Source: a virus
Lineage: Duplodnaviria; Heunggongvirae; Uroviricota; Caudoviricetes
Reading direction: 5' to 3' (one strand)
IMG/VR virus record: IMGVR_UViG_3300025723_001543
Coordinates: 29,307 to 93,306 of that record
Length of the DNA stretch: 64,000 nucleotides
Below the pieces are notes generated by a model. It did not search any database, was not told the DNA's origin, and saw only the letters and a program-made list of their open reading frames with translations. A program made the translations under genes and the position numbers. Shown here one piece after another: positions 32,316 to 42,893 of this stretch. Each line of letters opens with the position of its first letter. The stretch's first letter is position 1.

Positions 32316-35300
32316 TTAAACACCACCAGCATCTATCGGATTTATTCCGCCATAATTTGTTGTTGGATCCCCACCATCTAAATTAAAATATGAACCAACA
32401 GTAGACCAATAAACATTAGAACCAGTAGTAGTCAATACTTGCCCATTTGTTCCTGTACTATTGTTTGCTGTAAATGAACCAGCAATAATAAAATTATTTA
32501 CAGAAATAGATTGACCATTTGAAAATCCACCAGTTCCACCAGACCCAACATAACCAATAATTCCTTGTGAACCAGAATACCCAATGCCTTGTGAACCAGT
32601 ATATCCAGCTCCAACCGAACCTGTATAACCTAGTGCTGCATATTCGCCGGGAATACCTTGTGATCCAACATATCCAATAATTCCTTGTGATCCATCATAT
32701 CCTAATGAACCAGTATAACCATTTGAACCATCATAACCAATAATGCCTTGATTGCCTTGTGAGCCAGTATAACCCAGTGCTGCATATTCACCGGGAATAC
32801 CTTGATCACCCTGAGAACCAGCATATCCTTGATCACCTTGTGAACCAGTATATCCTAATGCAGCATATTCGCCGGGATCACCCTGATCACCTTTTGGTCC
32901 TCTTAATCCCTGTGATCCATCAAATCCTTGAGAACCAACGTATCCAACATAAGCAGCTGCACCATCAAGACCAGCCGAACCAGTATATCCTAATGCAGCA
33001 TATTCGCCGGGATCACCTTGATCACCCTTTGATCCTACATATCCAATAGAACCAGTATATCCAGCTCCTATAGAACCTGAATAACCAATTGCTGCAAATG
33101 CACCGGGAATACCTTGCTCACCTTGTGAACCAGAGTAACCAATATTGCCCTGCGAACCAGCATATCCTAGTGCTGCATATTCACCAGCAATACCTTGTGA
33201 TCCAACATAACCAACAACACCTTGATCACCTTGTGAACCAGTATATCCTAATGCTGCATATTCGCCGGGATCACCTTGATCACCTTTAGAACCAGTATAA
33301 CCAAAATCACCATGGTCGCCTTGCGAACCAGAATAACCTAACGCTGCATATTCGCCGGGGATACCTTGTGATCCAACATATCCTAATGATCCAGAGTATC
33401 CAAAATATCCTTGAGACCCAACATATCCTAGAATTCCCTGCGAACCAGTATATCCTAATGCAGCATATTCGCCGGGGATACCTTGTGATCCAGAATAGCC
33501 TAGTGATCCAGAATAACCAATATCACCGTTTGAACCAACATAACCAATAGCTGCAGCTTCGCCGGGAATACCTTGTGAACCAACATATCCAACATTTCCT
33601 TGCGAACCAGAATAACCTAATGCAGCATATTCGCCGGGGATACCTTGTGAACCAACATAACCAACATAACCTTGTGATCCATAATATCCTTGCGAACCAG
33701 AATAACCAAGATCACCTTTTGATCCAGTATAACCTCTAGCTCCTAAAAATCCTTGTGATCCAACATATCCAACATAACCTTGTGATCCATAATAACCTTG
33801 TGATCCAGTATATCCTTTATCGACAGATGCGCCATCGAGACCAGCTGAACCTGTATATCCAAATGAACCATTATAACCGACTAACCCATCAGTTCCTTGT
33901 GAACCAGTATATCCCATACCGGCAAATAAACCATCAATACCTTGTGATCCAGTATAACCAAATGAACCGTTAAACCCTAGTGATCCAGAATAACCAGAAA
34001 TGCCATCCACACCTCTAGAACCAACATATCCAGCACCAGTTGATCCTGTATATCCTACTGAACCATCATATCCTTTAGAGCCAACAAATCCTGCACCTCT
34101 AGAACCAGTAAATCCATTTGATCCATTATATCCTGCAGAACCATTATATCCTCTAGACCCCATATAACCATAAACAGTAGTCCAATAGGTGCTAATTCCA
34201 TTTGAGGCTAGTATTTGACCAGGCAAACCAATACTATTATTAGCATAAAGTGTATTTAAATAAAGATAGCCATGAACAGAAAGATCACCACCATGATCAA
34301 TAAGTGATGATGATATTATTGTATTAGTTAACCCGTTAGTAGTATCAGCTAATAGTATAGTACTACCATTCACAGAAATATATTGTTCTGATAATCCAGC
34401 TTGGAATGACGCACTGCTTATTCCAGTTGGTGAAATAATAGTTGTCTGTGTAGTATTGCCAATACTAAGTGTACTAGAATTTGCAAAGAATAAAGCTGCA
34501 TCAAGTACTACCTGACCATCTTCATCTTGCAAGGAAGCAATAGTAATACCTCTACCATTGATATATGTCTGTAGATAAGAACCTCTGGTATTAAACTTAG
34601 TTCCAGTAGCATCGATAGTAAAGTTACTGAATCCCGGTGTACCTACGAATAGTGAGGTGGGAGTAATTTTTGTAAATGATGTAGAATTACTTACAGCAAC
34701 ATAAATTGGATTTGATATAGTAGTTGTTGCGCCAGTAACACGGACATTAGAAACAATTGGAATAGAAGAATACGCAGATGTCGTAATTGGTGTTTTTTGA
34801 ATAACAACATATGTAAATCCTACTCCTCCTAAAGAAGAAACATTTACAGATTTTGCTGCTACTGCAGTAGTGCCAGATGCTTTAGAATATAAAGTTACCG
34901 CAACAGAAGTTGATGAAGGAATAGAAACAATTTGATATGGTTTTGGACCACCTGAAGCATCACTGAATGGGAAAGCACCTTTCAATGCATTTCCATTATT
35001 ATCCAAAACAATATAACTTGGATAATTTGGTGATTGAATATACAAATAATCAGAAATATTTAAAGCATGAGGACTGCTAAAAGTAATTTTTAATAATACT
35101 TGACCAGAATAACTACTTGGATATGCATCATTTGAAAATGTTGTTATAGCATATGAAACTGCATCTTTAGTTGGATCATAAATTGTAAATGCATTATATG
35201 CAGGATCAACACTATCAATAGCAACAGAAGAATAATTATATGGTCCTGCTTTAATAGTAGTTGATGAAATACCAGTAATACTTACAACATCACCAGGATT

Positions 35301-38300
35301 ATAATAATTAGTTCCAGCTGTATAATATGTTACATAACCTTGATTTCTTGATAGATATTTTAACTGAAGATTTGTTGCAGTTTTAGAAGATGTTAATGCA
35401 AAACTAAAAGTATTTTGTGATCCAAATTCAGTTATATTAAATGAAGGTAAATTATCAATATAATAAAACCCAGTGCTTGATATAGTAGCAGAAACACCTC
35501 TTACACCTTGTAGTCCATGGTTTTGTGATGTTTGAATAGTAGCAATGCCAGCACCAGATACAGAATAATATGAAACTGGATATGTTAAAATAGTATTATA
35601 AAGATTTAATATAGCATTTGCTGAATTATTACCAACAAACAATTCTTGAGTGGTAATAGTAGTATTATTTACTGGGTCAGATGTACTGACGCCAACATCT
35701 GATAAAAATGTATTTACTGTTGAGTTACCAGCAAATATTGAAGTTGAGTTGATAGTAAGAGTATTATAAACATCTGTTACTGAAATACTTTGAGATGTGA
35801 GATATTGAAAGCTACCAAAATATGATCTTAAATCTGATTGTGTCGCACCAATATGGCTCCATGACATTGCAACATTATCATAAATTTCAAGAGTATTTAC
35901 TTCATAGTTATATCTTATAGCACCATTTGCTGTACTTGTTGGTGTGTATCTTCCAGTATTTGAAGAAGGAAAATATATTACTTGTGAGTTAGAAAAATTA
36001 ATTGCATTAATAGAAAGTTGAATAACGTTGTCAACAATTAAAGTATTTGAAACAAATAGATTATTTCCTACATTAAGAACATTTGCAACAGTAAGAGTGT
36101 TTCCAGTAAAAGTAAATGATGCATAGGAATTAATTAATCCCATATCATTTATTAGTACTTGAGTATTGGAACTATTTTTTAAAGTTAAATATGATCCTGA
36201 ACCAGTATATCCTACAGAACCAATTGATCCCCAATATCCTTGTGATCCGGCATATCCAATACCAACTGACCCCCAATATCCTTGAGAACCAGCGTACCCA
36301 ATACCAACTGAACCCCAATACCCTTGTGATCCAGCATAACCAAGAATACCTTGATCACCTTGTGAACCAGCATAACCAAGAATACCTTGATCACCTTGTG
36401 AACCGGCATAACCAATACCAACTGAACCCCAGTAACCCTGTGAACCAGCATAACCAAGAATACCTTGATCACCTTGTGAACCGGCATAACCAATACCAAT
36501 TGAACCCCAGTAACCCTGTGAACCAGCATAACCAATAGAGCCCCAATAACCTTGAGAACCTGAGTATCCAGATGAACCGAAAGAACCAGTATATCCTATT
36601 ACTGTGCTTTGTGAACCGGTATATCCAAAATTACCTTTTGATCCAGTATAACCTAATGAATTGAAAAATCCAACAGAACCGGTGTAACCAACACCAGCAT
36701 AAGCACCATCAGCACCTCTTGATCCTTGAAATCCTGTATTTCCTTTTGAACCAGTATAACCTAAAGAACCATCATAACCTTGTGCGGCAGACTGACCAGA
36801 AATACCCTGTGGTCCTTGAGAACCAGCATATCCAACAAAACCTTGTGAACCCCAATAACCTTGTGAACCAGCATAACCAATACCAATTGATCCCCAATAA
36901 CCTTGCGAACCAACATATCCAACAATACCTTGATCACCTTGTGAACCGGCATATCCAATACCAATTGATCCCCAATATCCTTGTGATCCAACTGAACCCC
37001 AATAGCCTTGTGATCCAGCATACCCAATACCGACTGAACCCCAATAACCTTGTGAACCAGCATAACCAATACCAATTGATCCCCAATAACCTTGCGAACC
37101 AACATATCCGACAACACCTTGTGAACCCCAATAGCCTTGTGATCCAGCATACCCAATACCGACTGAACCCCAATATCCTTGTGATCCAGCATATCCGCCA
37201 ACACCCTGTGATCCCCAGTAACCCTGTGAACCCCAATAGCCTTGTGAACCAGCATAACCAATACCGATTGAACCCCAATAGCCTTGTGAACCAGCATATC
37301 CTAAAGAATCGAAAAACCCTATTGAACCAGTGTACCCTGTGTTTCCTCTTGCTCCTGCAGCACCTGTTTGGCCAGGAACACCTTGAATTCCACCTATACC
37401 TTGAATTCCTTGTTGACCTTGCGATCCAGTATATCCTATTACTGTACTTTGTGATCCGGCATACCCAATACCGACTGATCCCCAATATCCCTGAGAACCA
37501 AAATAACCTTGTGAACCAACATAACCGACAACACCTTGAGAACCAGTGTATCCGATAGAACCAGTTGAGCCCCAGTATCCATAAGAACCTGTATATCCTA
37601 TTACTGTGCTTTGTGATCCAACATATCCGACAACACCTTGTGATCCTGTATAACCTGTTGAGCCCCAGTATCCATAAGACCCAGTATAACCTGTTGAACC
37701 CCAGTAACCCTGCGATCCAACATACCCTACAATACCTTGTGATCCAGAATAACCTATTGAGCCCCAGTATCCATAAGAACCGGTATATCCTATTACTGTG
37801 CTTTGCGATCCAACATACCCTATGACACCTTGTGATCCTGTATAACCTGTTGAGCCCCAATAACCGTAAGAACCGGTATAACCGACTGATCCCCAGTAAC
37901 CCTGCGATCCTGTATAACCAAAAATACCTCGTGATCCTGTATAACCTGTTGAACCCCAGTATCCATAAGAACCGGTATAGCCTAAAACACCCTGTGAACC
38001 AACATATCCTACAACACCTTGTGATCCTTTATAACCAGTATCGCCTTTATCTCCTTTATCGCCAGTTCTATCAAAAACTATAATAACTTCTGTGCCGTCA
38101 GTAAATGTTCCAGGTCCAGAAAGATAATTTATGTTTATATAAAATACACCAGTACCTGAATCATAAAATGATGTTGATGTGAGAGAATATAAAGCAAAAT
38201 TAGCATTATTTGCTTTTGATGTAATCGTAAAATGGCCTTTGATAGAAGATGTAGAATCAGCTATCGTATTTAAAAAACTATAAAGTAAAGTATTATTGAT

Positions 38301-38798
38301 ATCATATTGATCAATTTGAAGTTGATTACTAGGATTTATGTAAATATTACCAACAGTTCCCGGTGCTGCGGTAGAACTAAACATATAATCAAATGCTATG
38401 CCACCATAATCACCTTGAAATCCTCTAGAACCAACATAACCTTTATCGCCAAGTTCGCCCTGTGATCCAGTAAATCCAGATGATCCTGTATATCCAATTG
38501 TTCCTTGATCACCTTGCGGACCCAAATCACCGGGGAAACCTTGCAATCCTCTCGAACCAGCAAATCCATTTGATCCTGTATAACCAACAGAACCGGTGTA
38601 TCCTTGCGAACCAATATACCCCGTAGCTCCAGTAGACCCTTGATAACCAGTCGCACCAGATGAACCTTGAAATCCTAATGAACCTTGAAACCCAACATCA
38701 CCAACAGTTGTCCAACGTTTTCCATCAAAACGCCATGTTCTACCAGCAGTAACTGTTACTTGATCAACATAAGGATTTGGCGGAAAATAGATTGTCAT
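32316..38798 (-). CDS. 2160-aa GYxGS-repeat (collagen-like) fibre protein
   Basis: FP.NP...TW.FDG.RW N-terminus, GYWGS and GEYAAL repeat blocks, three FCCH-like beta domains, LDGG...IDAGGV end. Confidence 0.85.
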   Translation of the reverse strand: MTIYFPPNPYVDQVTVTAGRTWRFDGKRWTTVGDVGFQGSLGFQGSSGATGYQGSTGATGYIGSQGYTGSVGYTGSNGFAGSRGLQGFPGDLGPQGDQGTIGYTGSSGFTGSQGELGDKGYVGSRGFQGDYGGIAFDYMFSSTAAPGTVGNIYINPSNQLQIDQYDINNTLLYSFLNTIADSTSSIKGHFTITSKANNANFALYSLTSTSFYDSGTGVFYININYLSGPGTFTDGTEVIIVFDRTGDKGDKGDTGYKGSQGVVGYVGSQGVLGYTGSYGYWGSTGYTGSRGIFGYTGSQGYWGSVGYTGSYGYWGSTGYTGSQGVIGYVGSQSTVIGYTGSYGYWGSIGYSGSQGIVGYVGSQGYWGSTGYTGSYGYWGSTGYTGSQGVVGYVGSQSTVIGYTGSYGYWGSTGSIGYTGSQGVVGYVGSQGYFGSQGYWGSVGIGYAGSQSTVIGYTGSQGQQGIQGIGGIQGVPGQTGAAGARGNTGYTGSIGFFDSLGYAGSQGYWGSIGIGYAGSQGYWGSQGYWGSQGVGGYAGSQGYWGSVGIGYAGSQGYWGSQGVVGYVGSQGYWGSIGIGYAGSQGYWGSVGIGYAGSQGYWGSVGSQGYWGSIGIGYAGSQGDQGIVGYVGSQGYWGSIGIGYAGSQGYWGSQGFVGYAGSQGPQGISGQSAAQGYDGSLGYTGSKGNTGFQGSRGADGAYAGVGYTGSVGFFNSLGYTGSKGNFGYTGSQSTVIGYTGSFGSSGYSGSQGYWGSIGYAGSQGYWGSIGIGYAGSQGDQGILGYAGSQGYWGSVGIGYAGSQGDQGILGYAGSQGDQGILGYAGSQGYWGSVGIGYAGSQGYWGSVGIGYAGSQGYWGSIGSVGYTGSGSYLTLKNSSNTQVLINDMGLINSYASFTFTGNTLTVANVLNVGNNLFVSNTLIVDNVIQLSINAINFSNSQVIYFPSSNTGRYTPTSTANGAIRYNYEVNTLEIYDNVAMSWSHIGATQSDLRSYFGSFQYLTSQSISVTDVYNTLTINSTSIFAGNSTVNTFLSDVGVSTSDPVNNTTITTQELFVGNNSANAILNLYNTILTYPVSYYSVSGAGIATIQTSQNHGLQGVRGVSATISSTGFYYIDNLPSFNITEFGSQNTFSFALTSSKTATNLQLKYLSRNQGYVTYYTAGTNYYNPGDVVSITGISSTTIKAGPYNYSSVAIDSVDPAYNAFTIYDPTKDAVSYAITTFSNDAYPSSYSGQVLLKITFSSPHALNISDYLYIQSPNYPSYIVLDNNGNALKGAFPFSDASGGPKPYQIVSIPSSTSVAVTLYSKASGTTAVAAKSVNVSSLGGVGFTYVVIQKTPITTSAYSSIPIVSNVRVTGATTTISNPIYVAVSNSTSFTKITPTSLFVGTPGFSNFTIDATGTKFNTRGSYLQTYINGRGITIASLQDEDGQVVLDAALFFANSSTLSIGNTTQTTIISPTGISSASFQAGLSEQYISVNGSTILLADTTNGLTNTIISSSLIDHGGDLSVHGYLYLNTLYANNSIGLPGQILASNGISTYWTTVYGYMGSRGYNGSAGYNGSNGFTGSRGAGFVGSKGYDGSVGYTGSTGAGYVGSRGVDGISGYSGSLGFNGSFGYTGSQGIDGLFAGMGYTGSQGTDGLVGYNGSFGYTGSAGLDGASVDKGYTGSQGYYGSQGYVGYVGSQGFLGARGYTGSKGDLGYSGSQGYYGSQGYVGYVGSQGIPGEYAALGYSGSQGNVGYVGSQGIPGEAAAIGYVGSNGDIGYSGSLGYSGSQGIPGEYAALGYTGSQGILGYVGSQGYFGYSGSLGYVGSQGIPGEYAALGYSGSQGDHGDFGYTGSKGDQGDPGEYAALGYTGSQGDQGVVGYVGSQGIAGEYAALGYAGSQGNIGYSGSQGEQGIPGAFAAIGYSGSIGAGYTGSIGYVGSKGDQGDPGEYAALGYTGSAGLDGAAAYVGYVGSQGFDGSQGLRGPKGDQGDPGEYAALGYTGSQGDQGYAGSQGDQGIPGEYAALGYTGSQGNQGIIGYDGSNGYTGSLGYDGSQGIIGYVGSQGIPGEYAALGYTGSVGAGYTGSQGIGYSGSQGIIGYVGSGGTGGFSNGQSISVNNFIIAGSFTANNSTGTNGQVLTTTGSNVYWSTVGSYFNLDGGDPTTNYGGINPIDAGGV

Positions 38799-38833
38799 TT
38801 TTTAGGAAATACCTTTTTTAATTTATATTGTAT

Positions 38834-40069
38834 TTATGAACCCAAATAAATTATAAATGAAATTCCATAATATGATGGCTCGTAATTTATAATACCAGAC
38901 CCAGAATGGTTATGAGATACTTGTCCAGCAACATGATTAGCATCATATCTTCCATCATATCTAATACTAGCAGCACCAGAATAAGAATGATCGTGAATAT
39001 TACTAGCAGTAGATAAAGTATAAGTATAATTATATCTATTAAAATCAAATGATGTAGCATTATTTACGTTATGTTGAGATGCACTTAATTGAATATATCT
39101 ATTGGATAAATCTGGTGTTTTATAAGAACCAATAGTTTGCCCATTACATAGATACCATCCAATAGGCAAATTTGTTGTATTTGAATCTGAGTAACCAATA
39201 ATCATCCCATATGTAATTCCAGTATTTTTATTTGCTTTATATACCCTCAAAATTGTTCTTTTTAATTCAATTGAAGCCGATAATGTTGTTTGCGAAACAC
39301 CATGAGAATGGTTTCCTGAAGATTGATATGAATAAAAAGAATAAGATGCAGTACTTAGGGCAGAGTATCCGTTTTCTTTGGCTCCATTGCCATGAGTATG
39401 TGCTCCAGCTGTTGATACAGTCGTTAATGTTGCACTAGATGTCGAATAACTATTTGCACCATATATTCCACTATTACTTGTAAAATTTGATGAAAGCCAA
39501 CTTGCACTGCCAGAAATTAAAAAACAATTATTTGCATTAGTTACTAATGTATAATCATCAGTTGGATTATTTGTAAAAATAATTGTATTTTTTGGAATTT
39601 CTGTTGTAGATTGATTTAATTTATATGACCCGACAACAATTGATTTTGGATATGCTAAATTTATGGCAGATGATGGAGTCATAACAGAATGACTATGATC
39701 ACCATTAGTAGATGAATAATAATCTTGACTATATGGAACTTTATTATTATTTACAGGTTGTGAAAATTGATATGCATTAGTTGCATTATCTGGAAGAGAA
39801 TGACCACCAGCAATGCCTGTTGTTGTAATACTATAATCATCTTTTTTAATTGATTGTTTTGTGTTGACTAAATTTGAAACAACAGATTTTATTATAGAGG
39901 GAGTCCCATCACTTTGAGACATATCAATAAAATTCCATTTACTTTTATTTTCATAATTTGAAAAATCATTATTTGCAAGAAAAATAACAGCATTAACTGG
40001 TAAAGTTGCACCAGACAAATTTGGATTTGATAATGAAAATGATGTGCCTAAAGATTGAAACCCGAACAT
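38834..40069 (-). CDS. Tail-collar / HxH metal-binding fibre-tip protein (paralogue 1)
   Basis: Repeated GxHxH motifs; LP.GWYLCNGQ....TPDLSNRYI collar motif. Confidence 0.8.
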   Translation of the reverse strand: MFGFQSLGTSFSLSNPNLSGATLPVNAVIFLANNDFSNYENKSKWNFIDMSQSDGTPSIIKSVVSNLVNTKQSIKKDDYSITTTGIAGGHSLPDNATNAYQFSQPVNNNKVPYSQDYYSSTNGDHSHSVMTPSSAINLAYPKSIVVGSYKLNQSTTEIPKNTIIFTNNPTDDYTLVTNANNCFLISGSASWLSSNFTSNSGIYGANSYSTSSATLTTVSTAGAHTHGNGAKENGYSALSTASYSFYSYQSSGNHSHGVSQTTLSASIELKRTILRVYKANKNTGITYGMIIGYSDSNTTNLPIGWYLCNGQTIGSYKTPDLSNRYIQLSASQHNVNNATSFDFNRYNYTYTLSTASNIHDHSYSGAASIRYDGRYDANHVAGQVSHNHSGSGIINYEPSYYGISFIIYLGS

Positions 40070-40072
40070 ATT

Positions 40073-40573
40073 TTAAATGTCCAATAATGGCCAAACCACA
40101 TCATCAAGACTAGTATATTTTTTTGTTATATCTCTAAGTTGTTGTCTATATGCAAGAAGTTTTTGATATTGATCATTTGTTAAAGTAGTTATGATGCCTA
40201 AATCTAATTGATCTTTATGACGAACTACCATCCAATCAGTTTCATATAATTTATTTGTTCTTGAATCTGATAAAGAAGGTAAAGGTGCCAATGCTCCATA
40301 ACCATCATTATGTGCAGCTTGAATAATTATATCTTTATTATCATTAACCCATTGAATTTCTGGCAAATCTGTTCCAGAAATAACTTCTGGTCCTGATCTT
40401 TCTACAACATAGATTGCTCTTTCTGGTTCATAGAACATTAAATGTGTATCCTGAAATGGATATCCAGTCAATGTTTTAAAATTATCTGCGCTACTAAAAA
40501 GATGATCAATTCCACTCAAAGAAATGCTGCAACTTCTATTGACAAAATCTAAAGTTACTCTATTAAATTCCAT
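40073..40573 (-). CDS. Tail fibre assembly chaperone-like protein
   Basis: C-terminal R...L.ETDW.V.R...YRQQLRDIT...V.WP motif. Confidence 0.8.
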   Translation of the reverse strand: MEFNRVTLDFVNRSCSISLSGIDHLFSSADNFKTLTGYPFQDTHLMFYEPERAIYVVERSGPEVISGTDLPEIQWVNDNKDIIIQAAHNDGYGALAPLPSLSDSRTNKLYETDWMVVRHKDQLDLGIITTLTNDQYQKLLAYRQQLRDITKKYTSLDDVVWPLLDI

Positions 40574-40589
40574 ATTATAAATCTCCTAT

Positions 40590-41672
40590 TTAAAAATAAT
40601 TTTTACCAGAAAGAGTTCCAAACCATGAAGCTCCTTTGTTTGCAGTATAAAATGTAAGAACATCTGTGGCATTTGCTCCAATTGATAATGTTGGAGCAGA
40701 GCCAGATGGCCATTTTATAACAGTATCTGCGCTATATGCAAGTGTTCTATTTCCATTGCCATCTTGTGTAACAAACAAAACTAAATTATACCCTCTATTA
40801 TCTTTCATTCCAGTATTTGAAAATGATAAAGTAAGAGTTGAAATACCCAAAGTTATAAATTGTATATTTCCATTTGCAAGATATAATGTTTTTGGTGATG
40901 TAGTAACTGTTCCATAATTTACTACTGCCTCACTATAATTAATCATATCAAGTGAGGTAGCAACAAAAGCATTATTTACAATTGCATTTTGAGCAAACGT
41001 AATTGTATTACTGAATAAAAGAGTTTTATTTGGATCAAAAAAACCAAGAGAGCCTGTGTATCCAGCTGTTCCACCATTAATTCCAAGCCATACATTTTGA
41101 TCTGGAAAATAAGCTGACATAAGACCATCATCAGTATCAAACCAAAGTTCGCCAGCAACTAATGGCGCAGGAACAGTATTTTGGAATACTGCATTTGGCA
41201 TAGAACCAGTATAACCAATTCCTTGTGAACCGACATAACCTATAGAACCTGTATACCCATCATGCCCAATATATCCAGCAGAACCTGTATATCCTTGTGC
41301 TCCACCGGGATCACCTTGTATACCTTTATCACCAACAGAACCAACATATCCAACTGAACCTTGATAGCCCGTATCACCAACTGATCCAGAATAACCAACA
41401 GAACTAGTATATCCAACAGAACTAGTATACCCTACTGACCCTCGATATCCAGTATCACCAACTGATCCAGAATAACCAACAGAACTAGTATACCCAACAG
41501 AACTAGTATAACCAACACTTCCTTGATAGCCTGTAGAACCTTGATAACCTGCAGAACCTTGAAACCCAGTATCAGGGAAAGAATTCCAACGCTGCCCATC
41601 CCATTGCCATGTTTGACCACCAGTGACTGTAGTTTGAAATGGAATAGGATTGGAAGGAAAAAATAATGACAT
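40590..41672 (-). CDS. Short GYxGS-repeat adaptor protein
   Basis: FP.NP...TWQWDGQRW N-terminus, GELWFDT module, C-terminal domain paralogous to that of 42894..49046. Confidence 0.85.
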   Translation of the reverse strand: MSLFFPSNPIPFQTTVTGGQTWQWDGQRWNSFPDTGFQGSAGYQGSTGYQGSVGYTSSVGYTSSVGYSGSVGDTGYRGSVGYTSSVGYTSSVGYSGSVGDTGYQGSVGYVGSVGDKGIQGDPGGAQGYTGSAGYIGHDGYTGSIGYVGSQGIGYTGSMPNAVFQNTVPAPLVAGELWFDTDDGLMSAYFPDQNVWLGINGGTAGYTGSLGFFDPNKTLLFSNTITFAQNAIVNNAFVATSLDMINYSEAVVNYGTVTTSPKTLYLANGNIQFITLGISTLTLSFSNTGMKDNRGYNLVLFVTQDGNGNRTLAYSADTVIKWPSGSAPTLSIGANATDVLTFYTANKGASWFGTLSGKNYF

Positions 41673-41704
41673 TATTTAAAAATACCTAAATTGTTTTTTA
41701 GTAT

Positions 41705-42889
41705 TTATGGAGATGGTAAGTAAACATAATATATTAAATTATAATGATCTGGTTCATATGAAAAAGATGCTCCTGATATACTATGAGTATGATTTACTGA
41801 TGCAGTATCATGATAATCATTTTCATTTTTAGTAGAAATTGCTTGATATGCACCAGAAGTTCCATGTCTATGAGACCAAGTATTGTTAACAAGAGTTGTA
41901 TTTAAAAAAGAAATATTATTAATATCATTTGCAGTTATAGGAGTTATGTTATGTGATGATATATCAGAGTTCCCACACATAACATATCTATCAACAAGAT
42001 TTGGTGTTGTATATCCATTTATTGTTTGTCCATTACAACAATACCAATCAGCTGGAACATTATTAGTATTAAAACCAAATATCATGCCATAAGAAATATA
42101 TACATTTTGTTGTTGAACAACATATGTTCTCAATTTTACATATTTTTTATTTTGAGTAAACGATATAGTCAAAGTATGAGTATGAGCTTTTGATGTAAAG
42201 TCTTGGTTTTGACCTGTTGCTTGCATATAACCATTCCATGATGGTGCATCGGTTCCGCCAGAAGGTGGACCGTGAGTATGATCACCAGATGAAGTACTCG
42301 TTCCACTCAAATTAAATGTACTTGAACCGCCTGTAGTTCCCACAAGACTTGTAGAATTTGTTGCATACAAATATAAATTATCATAACTAGATGTTGATGA
42401 TATTCCATAATCGTTTGTTATATTTGCAGAAAAAACAATTGTTCCTACTGGTAAACTAAATGAACTTGGTGAACCATTATTACGTGTATATAATAAAGTT
42501 TTTATATGTGATGGAAAAAATGATGAACTTGAAACAGTATTACTAAAAGCATGACTATGCGAACCACTAGAATATGCAATTGTACTATTTCTTGATATAA
42601 AAGTTGATTGTACATATGGTGTTGCATATGTTCCTAATGGAACTGGATCATGTGCTGCATAAGTTCCAGTAGTAAAAGATACAATTGCACTTCCATTAGT
42701 ATTACTAGTATTTGCATAACTAAAATTTGAATTTCTTGCTTTTATAAGATTATTATTAACACTAGAAACAACCCAATTTGAATCAGAAACAGAATTTATA
42801 GTAAAAATAACTATTCCTGAAGCTGAAACTGGAATTTGGCCCAAATGATTATAATTTATAGATAATAAATTTCCAGTTGCACCAAACAT
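41705..42889 (-). CDS. Tail-collar / HxH metal-binding fibre-tip protein (paralogue 2)
   Basis: HSH/HTH repeats; VPADWYCCNGQ...TPNLVDRYV collar motif. Confidence 0.8.
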   Translation of the reverse strand: MFGATGNLLSINYNHLGQIPVSASGIVIFTINSVSDSNWVVSSVNNNLIKARNSNFSYANTSNTNGSAIVSFTTGTYAAHDPVPLGTYATPYVQSTFISRNSTIAYSSGSHSHAFSNTVSSSSFFPSHIKTLLYTRNNGSPSSFSLPVGTIVFSANITNDYGISSTSSYDNLYLYATNSTSLVGTTGGSSTFNLSGTSTSSGDHTHGPPSGGTDAPSWNGYMQATGQNQDFTSKAHTHTLTISFTQNKKYVKLRTYVVQQQNVYISYGMIFGFNTNNVPADWYCCNGQTINGYTTPNLVDRYVMCGNSDISSHNITPITANDINNISFLNTTLVNNTWSHRHGTSGAYQAISTKNENDYHDTASVNHTHSISGASFSYEPDHYNLIYYVYLPSP

Positions 42890-42893
42890 TTAA

